A stretch of 64,000 bases of DNA from NCBI RefSeq assembly GCF_009914755.1, contig NC_060932.1, one strand, 5' to 3'. A model generated the notes under the pieces. That model worked only from the letters and a program-made list of their open reading frames with translations, did not search any database and was not told the origin of the DNA. Both the position numbers and the translations under genes were made by a program. The number at the start of each line of letters is the position of its first letter. The first letter of the stretch is position 1. Shown here piece after piece: positions 25,272 to 39,912 of the stretch. This DNA is from the human T2T-CHM13v2.0 reference genome, Homo sapiens.

Positions 25272-26062
25272 TCAAATTAACAACCTAATCTTTTACCTGA
25301 AAAAAAACCAAAACCAAAAAACTTTATCCACAGTAAACAGAAAGAAGAAAATAATAAAAACTAGAGTGGAAATAAATGCAACAGAGGCCGGCGCGGTGGC
25401 TCACGCCTGTATTCCCAGCACTTTGGGAAGCTGAGGCGGGTGGATCGCTTGATGTCAGGAGTTAGAGACCAGCCTGGCTAACATGGTGAAACCCCATCTC
25501 TACCCAAAATACAAAAACTAGCTGGGTGTGGTGGCACGTGCCTGTAGTCCCAGCTACTCAGGAGGCTGAGACAAGAGAATTGCTTGAACCTGGGAGGCGG
25601 AGGTAGCAGTGAGTTGAGATTGAGCCACTGCACTCCAGCCTGGGAGAAAGAACGAGAGTCCATCTCAAAAAAAAAGAGAGAGACTATCAACTAAAGCAAA
25701 AGTTGGTTCTTTGAAAAGATCAACAAAAATGGCAAACCTTTAGCTAGATCAACCAAAGAAAAAAAACAGAGAAGACTCAAATTATTACAATCAGGAAACA
25801 AAGAACAGACTACTACTAACTTGACACATAGAAAAGATTATAAGAGAACAGTATGAACAATTACATGGTAATAAATTAGATAACCTAGACTAAATAGACA
25901 AATTCCTAGAATGACACAAACTACCAAAAACGGATTCAAGAAACAAAATCTATACAGGCCTGTAACAAGGAATTGAATCAGTAATCCAAAGTCTCACAGA
26001 GAAAAGCCCAGTACCACATGGCTTCAAGGTGAAGTCTACCAATCCAATGTTTAAAGAATCCT

Positions 26063-27553
26063 CCTCTCCCTCTCCCTCTCCCTCCTCTCCCTCCTCTTCC
26101 TCTCCCTCTCCCTCTCCCTCTTTGCACAGTCTCCCTCTGATGCCGAGACGAGGCTGGACTGTACTGCCGCCATCTCGGCTCACTGCAACCTCCCTGCCTG
26201 ATTCTCCTGCCTCAGCCTGCCGAAGGCGCGCACTGCCACGCCTGACTGGTTTTTGTATTTTTTGGTTGAGACAGGGTTTCGCCGTGTTGGCCGGGCTGGT
26301 CTCCAGCTCCTGACCGCGAGTGATCTGCCAGCCTCGGCATCCCGAGGTGCCGGGATTGCAGACGGAGTCTCGCTCACTCAGTGCTCAATGTTGCCCAGGC
26401 TGGAGTGCAGTGGCGTGATCTCGGCTCACTATAACCTCCACCTCCCAGCTGCCTGCCTTGGCCTCCCAAAGTGCCGAGATTGCAGCCTCTGCACGGCCGC
26501 CACCCCATCTAGGAAGTGAGAAGTGTCTCTGCCCCGCCGCCCATCGTCTGGGATGTGAGGAGCCCCTCTGCCCAGTCTGGGAAGTGAGGAGCACCTCTTC
26601 CCGGCCGTCATCCCGTCTAGGAAGTGAGGAGCGTCTCTGCCCGGCCGCCCATCGTCTGGGATGTGGGGAGCGCCTCTGCCCTGCCGCCCCGTCTGGGATG
26701 TGAGGAGCGCCTCTGCCTGGCCGCGACCCCGTCTGGGAACTGAGGAGTGTCTCTGCCCCGCCGTCACCCCGTCCGGGAGGTGAGGAGCATCTCTGACCAG
26801 CCGCCCTGTCTGACAAGTGAGGAGCCCCTCCGCCCGGCCAGCCGCCCCGTCAGTTAGGTGGGGGGGCAGCCCCCACCCGGCCAGCCGCCCCGTCCGCGAG
26901 GTGGGGGGGGGCAGCCCCCGGCCGGCCAGCCGCCCCGTCCGCGAGGTGGGGGGGGCGCCTCTGCCCAGCCGCCCCGTCTGGGAAGTGAGGAGCCCCTCTG
27001 CCCGGCCTCCACCCTGTCTGGGAGGTGTACGCAACAGCTCATTGAGAACGGGCCATGATGACGATGGCGGTTTTGTCGAATAGAAAACGGGGAAATGTGG
27101 GGAAAAGAGAGATCAGATTGTTACTGTCTGTGTAGAAAGAAGTAGACATAGGAGACTCCATTTTGTTCTGTATTAAGAAAAATTCTTCCACCTTGGGATG
27201 CTGTTAATCTATAACCTTACCCCCAACCCCGTGCTCTCTGAAACATGTGCTGTGTCCACTAAGGGTTAAATGGATTAAGGGAGGTGCAAGATGTGCTTTG
27301 TTAAACAGATGCTTGAAGGCAGCATACTCGTTAAGAGTCATCACCACTCCCTAATCTCAAGTACCCAGGGACTGTACACTGAGGAAGGCGGCAGGGCCCT
27401 CTGCCTAGGAAAACCAGAGACCTTTGTTCACATGTTTATCTGCTGACCTTCCCTCCACTATTGTCCTATGACCCTGCCAAATCCCCCTCTCCGAGAAACA
27501 CCCAAGAATGATCAATAAATACTAAAAAAATTAAAAAAAAAAAAAAAAAAAAA
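26063..27553 (+). mobile_element. Full-length SVA retrotransposon (older subfamily, SVA_A-C-like), antisense to LYPLA1
   Basis: (CCCTCT)n head, Alu-like domain, GC-rich VNTR, SINE-R, AATAAA and poly(A); TSD AAAGAATCCT at 26053-26062 and 27554-27563. Confidence 0.95.
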
Positions 27554-28844
27554 AAAGAATCCTTCTCCTCATCCCCCCCGCCCAAAAAAAGGAACAGTTA
27601 CTCATTTAGAAGGCCATTATTACTCTGACATCAAAACCAAAGGGTACCAAAAAAAAAAAAAAAAAAAAAGACAGCCAGGTGTGATGGCTCACACTCGTAA
27701 TCCAACACTTTAAGAGCCCAAAGTGGGGGGATTGCTTGAGCCCAGGAGTTCAAGACCAGCCTGTGCAGCATAGTAAGACCCCATCTCCACAAAAAATAAG
27801 AAAATTAGCCAGGCATGGTGGTGTGCACCTGTGGTCCCAGATACTTGGGAGTATGGTTTGAGCCTGGAAGGTTGAGGCTGCAGTGAGCTGTGTTCACTCC
27901 ACTGCACTCTAGCCTGGGTGACAGAGCGAGACCCTGTCTCAAAATGAAAATCACAGACTATCCCATAGGAATATAAATACAAAATCCTAAAAACTACCAA
28001 ACCAAATCTATCGACATATAATTAGGATTATACACCATGACCAGGAGAGATCTTCCCTAGAATGCAAGGATGGTTCAACATAAAAATTTAATAAATACAA
28101 TACACCATTTTACCAGAGATTGTAGCCAGGGAAACTGGCAAGATAAATGGCATCCAGATAGGAAAGGAATCAGTAAAATTCCCTCTCATGATCTTGTGAG
28201 CTGAGTATCTTATGATCTTATATACAGAAAATCCTATGAAATCTACAAAAACATCCTAAGAGCTATTGAGGTCAGCAAGATCCCAGGATATAAAAAACTT
28301 ATCAAAAAGGTATATTTCTATACACCAGCAATGAACAATATAAAAATGTAATAAAGTCAACAATTCCATTCGTCATAGTATACAAAGAATAAAATACTTG
28401 GAGGAATAATTTAACAAAATAAGTGAAGGACTTGAAAACTGGGCAGGGCATGGCAGGGCATGCCTGTAATCCCAGCTACCCGGGAAGCCGAGGCAGAAGA
28501 ATCGCTGGAACCCAGGGGAGGCAGAGACTACACTGAGCCGAGATCACGCCACTATATTCCAGCCTGGGCTACAGGGCAATACTCTGTCTGAAACAAACAA
28601 ACAAACATAAAAATCATCAGGATGAAAAACTGTTGTGCTGCAAAACATACTACCAAAAGGGTGCAAAGACACCCCACGCAATGGGAGACAATATTTACAA
28701 ATAATGTATCTGATAGGAGTCTAGTGTCCAGACAATATAAACAATTCTTATAAATCAACAACAAAAAGGCAACCCAATTTTTAAAACGGCAAAGGATCTG
28801 AACAGATATTTCTCCAAAGAAAATATGCAAATGGCCAATAAGGA

Positions 28845-29435
28845 TGTTTGAAATGCTTGTTCTCCGGTGCCGTAAAGAAACAGCACTTGAACATAAATTT
28901 AATTTATTTAGTAAGGCCATTTTTACTTTCTGCAGAAAGGGTACACTTGCCAGTAGCTGTGTCACGAGAGTACACCGAACAAAGGAGACAGAGTCATTTA
29001 TAATCTGACAAGTCCACCCTACTGCTGTGTCTGGTTTCCATTGGCTGGAACGGGACCTCACATTCTGTTATTTGTCCCGACTGGCTAGCAACTTAGAACT
29101 TTTTAAAAGAGGCAAAGGTAGAGGAGAACAAAGGAAGGAGGAAGTTAACTTGTGGAATGCTGAGAAAGATAAAAACACTTTTAAATAAGGAAGAGGAACA
29201 GGCTATGACCTAATGCTTGCTTGGACCAGTATAAGCATGCCAGGGCAAATATTTAGGCTAAATTGAGGGAGCTAAGAACATAAAGTACATTGATTTCTTT
29301 ATTACGGCTAGCAGATATTTAAGAATGTTAGCACCTGTCTTCGAATAAATTTTGCTTTTAAGAGAAGTTACTATTTATTCCTAATTAGATGGAGAGGAAA
29401 ATCTTTAAAGAGGGACCTCTATTTTACTTTTTTCA
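28845..29435 (-). mobile_element. Solo LTR10C (ERV1, HERV-I/IP10 group)
   Basis: TG/CA termini, 4-bp TSD AGGA (28841-28844, 29436-29439); matches recalled LTR10C consensus. Confidence 0.8.
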
Positions 29436-30318
29436 AGGACATGAGATGATGCTCAACATTAACCATTAGGAAATGCAAATCAAAATCACAATGCGACACC
29501 ACTTCACATAGAAATGGATGGCTATAATCAAAAAGACAATAACAAGTGTTAACGAGGATGGCGAGAAATCAGAGCACTCACACACTGCTGGCCATTTATC
29601 TTGGCAGAAGTGTAAAAAAGTGCAGCTACTATGAAAACTGTCCTGGAGTTCTTCAAGGGTTAAACATAGAGCTACCATTGACTTAGCAATTTGACTCCCA
29701 AGTATATACACCAGAGAACTAAAAACATATGTCCATACAAAGTCTTGTACACAAACGTGCAGAGTAGTATTACTCATTAGAGTAAAAAAGTAGAAACAAT
29801 CCAAATGTTCATTAATTGATGAATGAATTATTTTTATGTGAATTTTCTTAAGAGACAGAGTCTCACTATATTGCCCAGGCTAGACTTGAACTCCTGGCCT
29901 GAAAGGATCCTCCTGACTCAGCCTCCCAAGTAGCTGAGACTACAGGTGCATGACACCATGCTCAGCTAATTATTTACTTGGCAATGAAAGAAAGCAGTAC
30001 TGGTACATGTTACAAAATAGATGAGCCTGAAAAACATTATGTTATAAAATGAAAGAAGCCAGATGCAAAAGACCAAATATTATCTGATTCCATTTCTACG
30101 CAGAATAAGCAAATCCACAGAAACAGAAAAAGATAGTGGTTGCCAGGGAGGGGAATAAGTAGTCTGCAGATGAATGTTGGGTTTCTTTTGGGGATGTTGA
30201 ACATATTCTGGAATTAAGACAGTGGTAATAGTTGAACAACTCTGTAAATAAACTAACTACTGAACTGTATACTTTAAAAGAGTGAAGTTTTTGGTATGTG
30301 AATTATATCTCTATAAGT

Positions 30319-30610
30319 ACAGTAGTTCCCCATCAACCACAGTTTTGCTTTCTGTGGATTCAGTTACCACCATCAAAAAATAGGTGAGTACAGAACAAGA
30401 ATATATTTTGAGAGAGAGATCACATTCACATAACTTTTATTACAGTATGTTGTTATAATTATTCTATTGCTGTTGTTCACCTCTTTGCCTAATTTATAAA
30501 TTAAACTTTATCACAGGTATGCATGCATAGGAAAAAACATAGTATCATAGGGTTTGGTACTCTCTGTGATTTCAGACATCCCTGGGGGGGGGGGGGGATC
30601 TTTGAACATA
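30319..30610 (+). mobile_element. MER44/Tigger7-like DNA element containing a G14 run (30584-30597)
   Basis: CAGTAGTTCCCC start; similar to the inverted copy at about 38690-39912. Confidence 0.6.
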
Positions 30611-30736
30611 TGTGACAATACTAACACTAATATGTATGTATTAGAATGTATATACTAACACTGTAATAATAAGTAAGTGGCAGGCCAGAATTGAACCATG
30701 GGCCCTTGTTTGCCAACCTCTTTTTTTTTTTTTTGA

Positions 30737-30898
<162 letters not shown>

Positions 30899-30909
30899 TA
30901 GAAGGTGGA

Positions 30910-32149
30910 TGATACGGTTTGGCTGTGTCCCTGCCAAAATCTTACCTTGAATTGTAATAATCCCCATGTGTAGGGAGACCCCCTGAAACTATTGCTACGG
31001 AATAAAAGATGAAATGCTCCTGATTATTGTAAATACAAAATTGCATGCAGGATTGTGTAAAGACAATGCCAGGTTGGACTGCCAGAACGAGCCAACAGCG
31101 TGTGATGTGCTTCCCCCTGCAAAGAGCCTATGAATGGATGTGCAATCACGGAGGATTCACATCACCAAGATTCCTATCCCAGAAAAGCAGATGTTCATAG
31201 CTCTGGGAACAGAATGCGACCCTTGTGGAGAGCCTATAAACGGACGCATTGGGGGCGCCTGTCCACATGGATAAGATAGGGCTATAAATGCCCTCATCTT
31301 GCCACGGTTCTTCTAGGCCTCTTTAGGGTTAAGACATACTCCCCTTCTGAGAATTTCTGGTCTAACCAGTTGTCTAGCTTCACATCCTGTTTCTATGGAT
31401 TGTTTGTAACCAGCTTTTGCTACAACTGTTACTGCTGATTAATATCTTGCTAATCATAGGTTATGGAAAGACTGTGTTTCTGTTTTAAGGCTCTATTAGA
31501 AATTACTGATGCACACACTATATTGTAAATTCTTATCTCTGTATACTGTACTTCTACATACAAATGTACTATACTTCTACATACAAATGTTATGTTAAAG
31601 AATTATTTCATCCCCATGTGACCATCTCACCTCATAATCAAATGACCCTAAATCCCTCACTAACCTACCCCCGCCCTCACTAAACTTAGTAATAAATGCT
31701 GGTATATCCAGTGCATTGTTGGCACCGCGGGACCAGAAGACAGTGACCCCCCTGGACCCAGCTTTCACTATCTTGTGTGTGTCTATTATTTCTCAACCTG
31801 CCGATCCGCCTGGGAACAAAGAGAGAGCCCCATTGCATTGCGGGCTGCTGGCCAGATCCCACAATACCCATGTGTCAAGGGTGGGACCAGGTAGAGATAA
31901 TTGAATCACAGGGGTGGTTTCCCCCATGCTGTTCTTATGACAGTGAGTTCTCATTTGATCTGACAGTTTTATAAGGGGCCTCCCCCTTCGCTCAGCTCTC
32001 ATTTCTCTCTCCTGCCACCCTGTGAAGAGGTGCCTTCCACCTTTCCTGAGGCCTCCCCAGCCATGCAGAACTGTGAGTGAATTAAACCTCTTTTCTTTAT
32101 AAATTACCCAGTTTCGGTAATTATTTATAGCAGCAAGAGAACTAATACA
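30910..32149 (+). mobile_element. THE1D/MSTA-type MaLR solo LTR inserted in an Alu and split by LTR13A
   Basis: Starts TGATACGGTTTGGCTGTGTCC and ends ACTAATACA; Alu halves lie on either side (30721-30909, 32150-32260). Confidence 0.82.
30969..31866 (+). mobile_element. ERVK-class solo LTR (LTR13A-like)
   Basis: About 900 bp, starts TGTAGGGAGACCCCC; perfect 6-bp TSD CCCATG (30963-30968, 31867-31872), typical of class II ERVs. Confidence 0.75.
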
Positions 32150-32290
32150 CAGGGTTTTGCCATGTTGCCCAGACTGATCTCAAACTCCTAGGCTCAAGCC
32201 ATCCTCCCACCTCAGCTTCCCGAAGTGATAGGATTACAGGTGTGAGCCACCATGCCTGGCTCCAACCTCCATTCTACATAAGAAATACTA

Positions 32291-32470
<180 letters not shown>

Positions 32471-32576
32471 TCAGAAGACTGAGGCAGAGAATCGCTTGAA
32501 CCCAGGAGGCAGAGGTTGCAGTGAGCCGAGATCACGCCACTGCACTCTAGCCTGGGCAACAAGAGCAAAACTGTCT

Positions 32577-32710
32577 CAAAAAAAGAAAAGAAAAGAAAAG
32601 GAAAGGAAAGAAAAAGAAAAGAAAAAAGAAAAGAAAAGAAAAGAAGAAAGGAAGGAAGGAAGGAAAGAAAGAAAGAAAAGGAAGGAAGGAAGGAAGGAAG
32701 GAAGGAGAAA
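32577..32710 (+). repeat. (AAAAG)n/(GGAA)n purine microsatellite derived from an Alu tail
   Basis: GGAA x4 at 32650-32665 and GGAA x6 at 32680-32703. Confidence 0.9.
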
Positions 32711-32809
32711 TACTAAGAACCCTTATATGAGAAAAAGAAATAGGAATCTTGGGTTCTAGTCCCCACTCAGCCACTATCTAAAAGTGTGGTCACAGACAGT
32801 TCCGTCAGT

Positions 32810-33600
32810 CTGGTGGTTCTCAGAAGTGTGATCCCCAGACCTGTACTATCAGTATCCAATGAGAACTTGTTAGAAATGCAAATTCTGGCCAGGCACACTG
32901 GCTCATGCCTGTAATCCCAGCACTTTGGGAGGCCCAGATGGGAAGACAGTTTGAGCCCAGGAGTTAGACTAACCTGGGCAACATACTGAGACCCTCATCT
33001 CTACAAAAACTTTAAAAAATAGCCAGGCATGGTGGCATGCAGCTGTACTTCCAGTCACTTGGGAGGCTGAACCCAGGAGGTCAAGGCTGCAGTGAGCTGT
33101 GTTCACGCCACTGCACTCCAGCCTGGGCAACAGAGTGAGAGACCCTGTCGAAGCAAGGAGGAGGAGGAGGAAAAGGAGAAGGAAGAGGGGGAGGGGGAGG
33201 CAGCGGCGGCAGAGGAGATGGAAGAGGCAGAGGCGGCGGCGGAGGAGAACCCTGTCGAAGTCAGGGGGAGGAGGAGGAGGAGAAAGACGGAAGAGAAGGA
33301 GGAGGAGGAGGAGAAGGAGAAAGAAGGAAGAGAAGGAGAAGGAGGAGAAGGAGAAAGAAGGAAGAGAAGGAGGGGGAAGAGAAGGTGGAGGAGGAGGAGA
33401 AGGAGGAGACAGAGAGAGAAGGAGGAAGAGGAGGAGAAGGAGAAGGAAGAGGAGGAAGAAAGAAGAAAGAAGAAGAGGAGGCATGCAGACAAATTCCTTG
33501 GTCTCATTCCAGACCCACTCAATCAGAAACTGGCAGTGGGGCCCAAGAATCAAGTCTTTCAAGTGATTTTGATGCATGCTATAGTATGAGAATCATGCCT
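32810..33600. mobile_element. MER5A split by an Alu with an expanded purine tail
   Basis: GTGGTTCTCA...GAAATGCAAATTCT, then CAGACCCACTCAATCAGAAACT...GAGAATCA. Confidence 0.6.
33150..33481 (+). repeat. (GGA/GAA)n polypurine tract
   Basis: About 330 nt, almost all purine. Confidence 0.9.
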
Positions 33601-34298
33601 TTCTAGTTCTCAGTTTTCCCATCCATAACCAGGAGCTAGTTGTACTGGATGATTCGAAGGTCTATACAGGTTATAAAACTCTGACTCCAACCATATTAAT
33701 ATAAAAAGGATGGCCAAGCTGTAGCCAACTCTTTTGATAATTTTCAGTGACAATGAAAAACTCAAGATTTAAGAATTCTGGCTGGGTGTAGTGGCTCACA
33801 CCTGTAATGCCAGCACTTTGGGAAGCCAAGGTGGACAGACTGCTTGAGCTCAGGAGTTTGAGACCAGCCTAGGCAACATAATGAGTCCCTGTCTCTACTT
33901 AAAAACAAAACAAAACAAAACAAAATCAGGACCTGTGTGGTGGCACGCACACATATTATTTCCATTTGTTCATTATCCTGTAGTAATATGGGTGTAGAAC
34001 AGAGATTCTGTCTGGGTTTGTAAAAGAAACACCACTCATCCCCAACCCCATTCATGTAGCACGTTATTCTTATGAACTCTCCTATCAGTCCCAATCAGTC
34101 TTACCAACTAACTAGACAAGAAAAAAAATGACCTAAGACAGATCAGATTCTTGACTGAACACCAGAAGTAGGGTTGATATAAGTCAGAGCTAGGATCGTT
34201 CACTTGTGGATAACACGAGTGTGTCCACACTGAGAATTACGCAAATCTACAGAAAGAAGCAAGTGAGAGACCATAAGACCAGGGAAAGGTAGTGAGAA

Positions 34299-34725
34299 TA
34301 ATGGTGTAGTTGAACAGTGTTCCCCCCAAATTCACATCCACCTGAAACCTCGGAATGTGACTTTATTTAAAAATAGGCTCTTTGCAGATTTCCTTAGTTA
34401 AGAGTTGAGATCACACTTGATTAGGGTGAGCCCTAAATCCAATAACTGGTGTCCTCCTAAGAGGAGGAGAGAACAGAAACACAGCAAAGGTCACATGAAG
34501 ACAGAGGCAGAGGTTGGGGGTATGGTGCCTGAGGCCAAGGAAAGCCGGGAGTTATCAGAAACGGAACAGGCAAGGACGGATCTTCCGTTAAAGAGAATGT
34601 ATGTGGCCCTGTTGACAGCTTGGTTTTGGACTTTTGGCCTGTTTAACTGTGAGAATGAATTTCTGTTGTTTTTAATCCATCTAGTTTGTGGTTATTTATA
34701 ATGGCAGCCTTAGGAAACTAATACA
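34299..34725 (+). mobile_element. MLT1-type MaLR LTR
   Basis: GAATGTGACTTTATTT...GCCCTAAATCCAAT...GGAAACTAATACA. Confidence 0.7.
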
Positions 34726-37700
34726 TGTGGTGATTGATGCTCCTCGTATGTCTCACCCTTTAATTCTTTATTTATTCATTTATTTGTCCAACAAATACTT
34801 AGTGCTATTACATGTCCTATACTATTCTAGCACTGGGAATACAGTATTAATTTAAACAAAACACAAAAAATCCCTGTGCTGAGGTATATTTTATGGTATG
34901 TGAATTTTATCTTAATGAAAGTTTATTAAAGAAACCTTTGCCTTCATGGACTTTATATGCCAGTGGGCTGCCCTTCTATCCTTCCACAAATTCTAATTTT
35001 TGTTTAAGCTAGTTGAAGAGTTTTCTATTCCTTGTAATTAAATGATCTCCAAATCACATTCTATAATTCTATTATTAATAGTTCTTGATTACAGGAAGAC
35101 TTGCAAACTTATTACGGTCACAAAACATATCCATGTTGCCAATTTATTTTAAATCCTCACCTTGTTTGACCTCTCAGTAAAATCTGATCCAGTCAACCAC
35201 TTATTTTATCTTTCAAACATTCTTCTCTATACTTTTATAATCTCCTTGGTCTAGGAAATGTCACAGGGACTGGTAATACAGATAAGTAATTCCTGGAATA
35301 CATCGGGGCTGGGGAGTAGCAGGGAGGGGGACACATGAAGAGAACCAAGCTTTCCACCAGGCCTTTCCTCCTCCTCGTTTCCCCTTAATTGGAACTGAGC
35401 TTTCAGGTGTGATATTCAGCAGATGGGGAGAGGTCCCATGAATGAAGCATAGCTGTGAGCTGGTGCAACTGGAGGGGCACACTCCACAGTTGCACTGTTG
35501 GCCAGAACCCCCCAAGAACAGAAGTCAGGTTCCTCACGGAATTACAAATATGGAAAGGGAGAAGGCTATAATAAACCCTGTGGTGCTGGGCTGCAATTGG
35601 AGGAATCATTATAAACTCAAGATTTTGAATACTTATAAATACTAAAACTGATATGTGTGTACATATGTATGTATGTCCATATATTCTTAGCTCTGTCCAC
35701 TGCAAGGGTCTAGATCTGGGAGCACATATAGCATCCAGATCTCACTGTCTACTAAAAGGAACCAGGGTTCTTGGAAAAATGGCTGAGTCCAGGACTAGAG
35801 CAGGAAACATATAAGACAATCCTAGAAAAAGTCTTGTACCATAAAGTGAGGAAGTGATCAAATAAGAATGAGGATATGTCCAAAAGACACCAAGTACCAG
35901 CTTGAAAGGGTTACTGTGGCCAACTAAAGGACAATTTGAGCATCAAAATAAATAACTAACTTGATTGTTATCCTCTGAATACAATAGGAATCCAAGAGTC
36001 TGTACTGATTTAAAATTTTGAAACAAATGAGTATCTACATAAGTAATAAATAAAGGAGAAAGGAAAGCTCTACCCCACAGTAGACTGCTAAATAATAAAT
36101 CCAGAATAAAGGAATTTTTTTTTTTTTTGAGACTGAGTCTCACTGTCGCCTAGGCTGGAGTACAGTGGCACCATCTTGGCTCACTGCAACCTCCAGCTCC
36201 CAAGTAGATGGGACAACAGGCATGCACCATCCTGTCCAGCTAGTTTTTTAATTTTTAGTAGAGACGAGGTTTCGTCATGTTGGCCAGGCTGGTACTGAAC
36301 TACTGACCTCAGATGATCCTCCTGCCTCAGCCTCCCAAAGTGCTGGAATTACAGGCATGAGCCACTGCACCCGGCCAGAACAAAGGAAATTTAATTAAAA
36401 GACCATATTTTAACTTTAAATATTTAAATATCATAAGATATTCGGCAACTACCACAACAATAGATTCTGGCAATAATCATTAATGGGTGCTAAATCCATG
36501 GGTGAACATATGGTGGGGATCAGGAATATGTTATAATATCAAGGTATCTCCCCACAAAATATTTTTTAATATTTTAATTACATATTCAATATTTTAAATA
36601 TTTCATATGTTATATTTATTATTTTAATGTGGAGAAACCTGGCAGACACCATCTTAACCAAGTGATAAAACACATCAGTAACAACAAAATCATCATGAGG
36701 TCTGCCTAATATGATGCACTGTTATGGACACAGCAATACCCCTATAGTGTTACTGTCAAAAAGGTATAAATCACAAAACATCAGATAAACCCAAACTGAG
36801 GGACATTCTACAAAGTAACTGGCTTACACTTTTTTTTTTTTTTTTTGGTAGACACAGGGTCTGGCTGTTGCCCAGGCTGGTCTCAAACAGCTGGGCTCAA
36901 GCGATTCTCATGCTCAGCTTCCCAAAGCACTGGTATTACCATACCCGGCCTGTATTCTTGACAAAGTGTCAAGGTCATGAAAGACAAGGACTGTTTCAGA
37001 ATAAAGAAAACTAAAGAGAAATGATAAGTAGAGGCAATATGTGATCCTAGACTGATAAAGGACATTATTGGCTCAAATCAATGAAATGTGAATGGAGCTG
37101 GTGGATTAGACCGTAGTATATCATCAGTGTTAACTTCTTAATGATGGTTATACTGGAGTGTCCTGGTACTTAAAAATGTACACTGAAGAATTAAGCTGTA
37201 ATGAGGCAACACGCCTGCAACTTATTCTTTAATAGTTCAGAAATATTAACAATTGGGTAATTTGGGTGAAAGGTATAAGGAGCTATAAATGTTATTTCTG
37301 CAACTTTTATGTAAATTTCAAGTTATTTAAAATGAAAAGTTAAAAAGTTTAAAACATAACAGAATAGAACATAACCTATTAAATAAATCTGAGTCCAGGC
37401 ATGACACAGTGGTTCATGCCTGTAATCCCAGGGAGGGACTGGGAGGCCGAAGTGGGCAAATCACTTGAGGTCAGGAGTTCGAGACCAGCTTGGCCAACGT
37501 GGCAAAACCCCGTCTCTACTAAAACTACAAAAATCTGACTGGACACTATGGCTCACGCCTGTAATCCCAGCACTTTGGGAGGCTGAGGAGGGCAGATTAC
37601 GAGGTCAGGAGTTTGAGATCAGCCTGACCAACATGGTGAAACCCCCCCGTCTCTACTAAAAATACAAAAAAAATTAGCCAGGCGTGGTGGCACGTGCCTG

Positions 37701-38689
37701 TAATCCCAGCTACTCATGAGGCTGAGGCAGGAGAATCACTTGAACTCAGGAGGCAGAGGTTGCAGTGAGCCAAGATCACGCCACTACACTCCAGCCTGGA
37801 CGACAGGGCGAGACAAGGTCTCAAAAAAAAAAAAAAAAATTAGCCGGGTGTGGCGGCACGCACCTATAGTCCCAGCTACTTGGGAGGCTGAGGCAGCAGA
37901 ACTGCTTGAACCTGGGAGGTGGAGGTTCAGTGAGCCGAGATTGCACCACTGCACTCCAGCCTGGCTGGGTGACAGAGCGAGATTCTGTCTCAAAAAATAA
38001 ACAAATAAATAAATAAATAGAAAATAAATCTGAGTCCATACTAACTAAATGGGGAGTAGCAGATTAATAAACAAAATGGAATGACAAAAAAAAAGGAATG
38101 ACAGAATTGGAAAATCACACTGTAGAAATGATTGACTCAAGCAATTATCAATGGATGATAAAAATATTGGGTGAAAGCTTGATGAACAACTTGCATAGTC
38201 ACAAAGTATCCCCCCGCAACTTGCTTTTTAATTACAAAAGGAAAGTAACTGCAGTCGAGACCTGGAAGATACCACCTTAATCAAAAGATCGAAGTTACAA
38301 CAATAAAAGGACTCAGCATCATTAGTCTACTGATGCGCGCAATGAATAGGACATATTGTTTACATGGTATTTATACCAGAAATGCATAAACTGAATCTAA
38401 TCATGAGTAAATACACAAACCCAAATTAAAGGACTAGCCTGTTCTCTGCAGAAGTGTCAATGTCGTGAAAGACAAAAGAAAATCTAGGGAATTGTTCCAG
38501 ATTAAAAGAGACAAAAGAGACTAAAGAGACGTGATAACTAAATATAATGTATGACTAGGGAGGAGATAGCTATAAAGGATATTAATGGAACAATCTGGCA
38601 AAGGTTGAATGCATAATATATTAGATAATACTAAATGTTAAATTTAATGGGATAACTTTTCTGTGATTATATAATGTTTAAAATACCCT

Positions 38690-39912
<1,223 letters not shown>

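Noticed and set aside
26385-27083. ORFs of up to 201 aa with repeated motifs
   Set aside because: SVA VNTR translations
32969-33606. Long Glu/Arg- or Leu/Ser-rich ORFs (up to 202 aa)
   Set aside because: Translations of the polypurine simple repeat plus Alu
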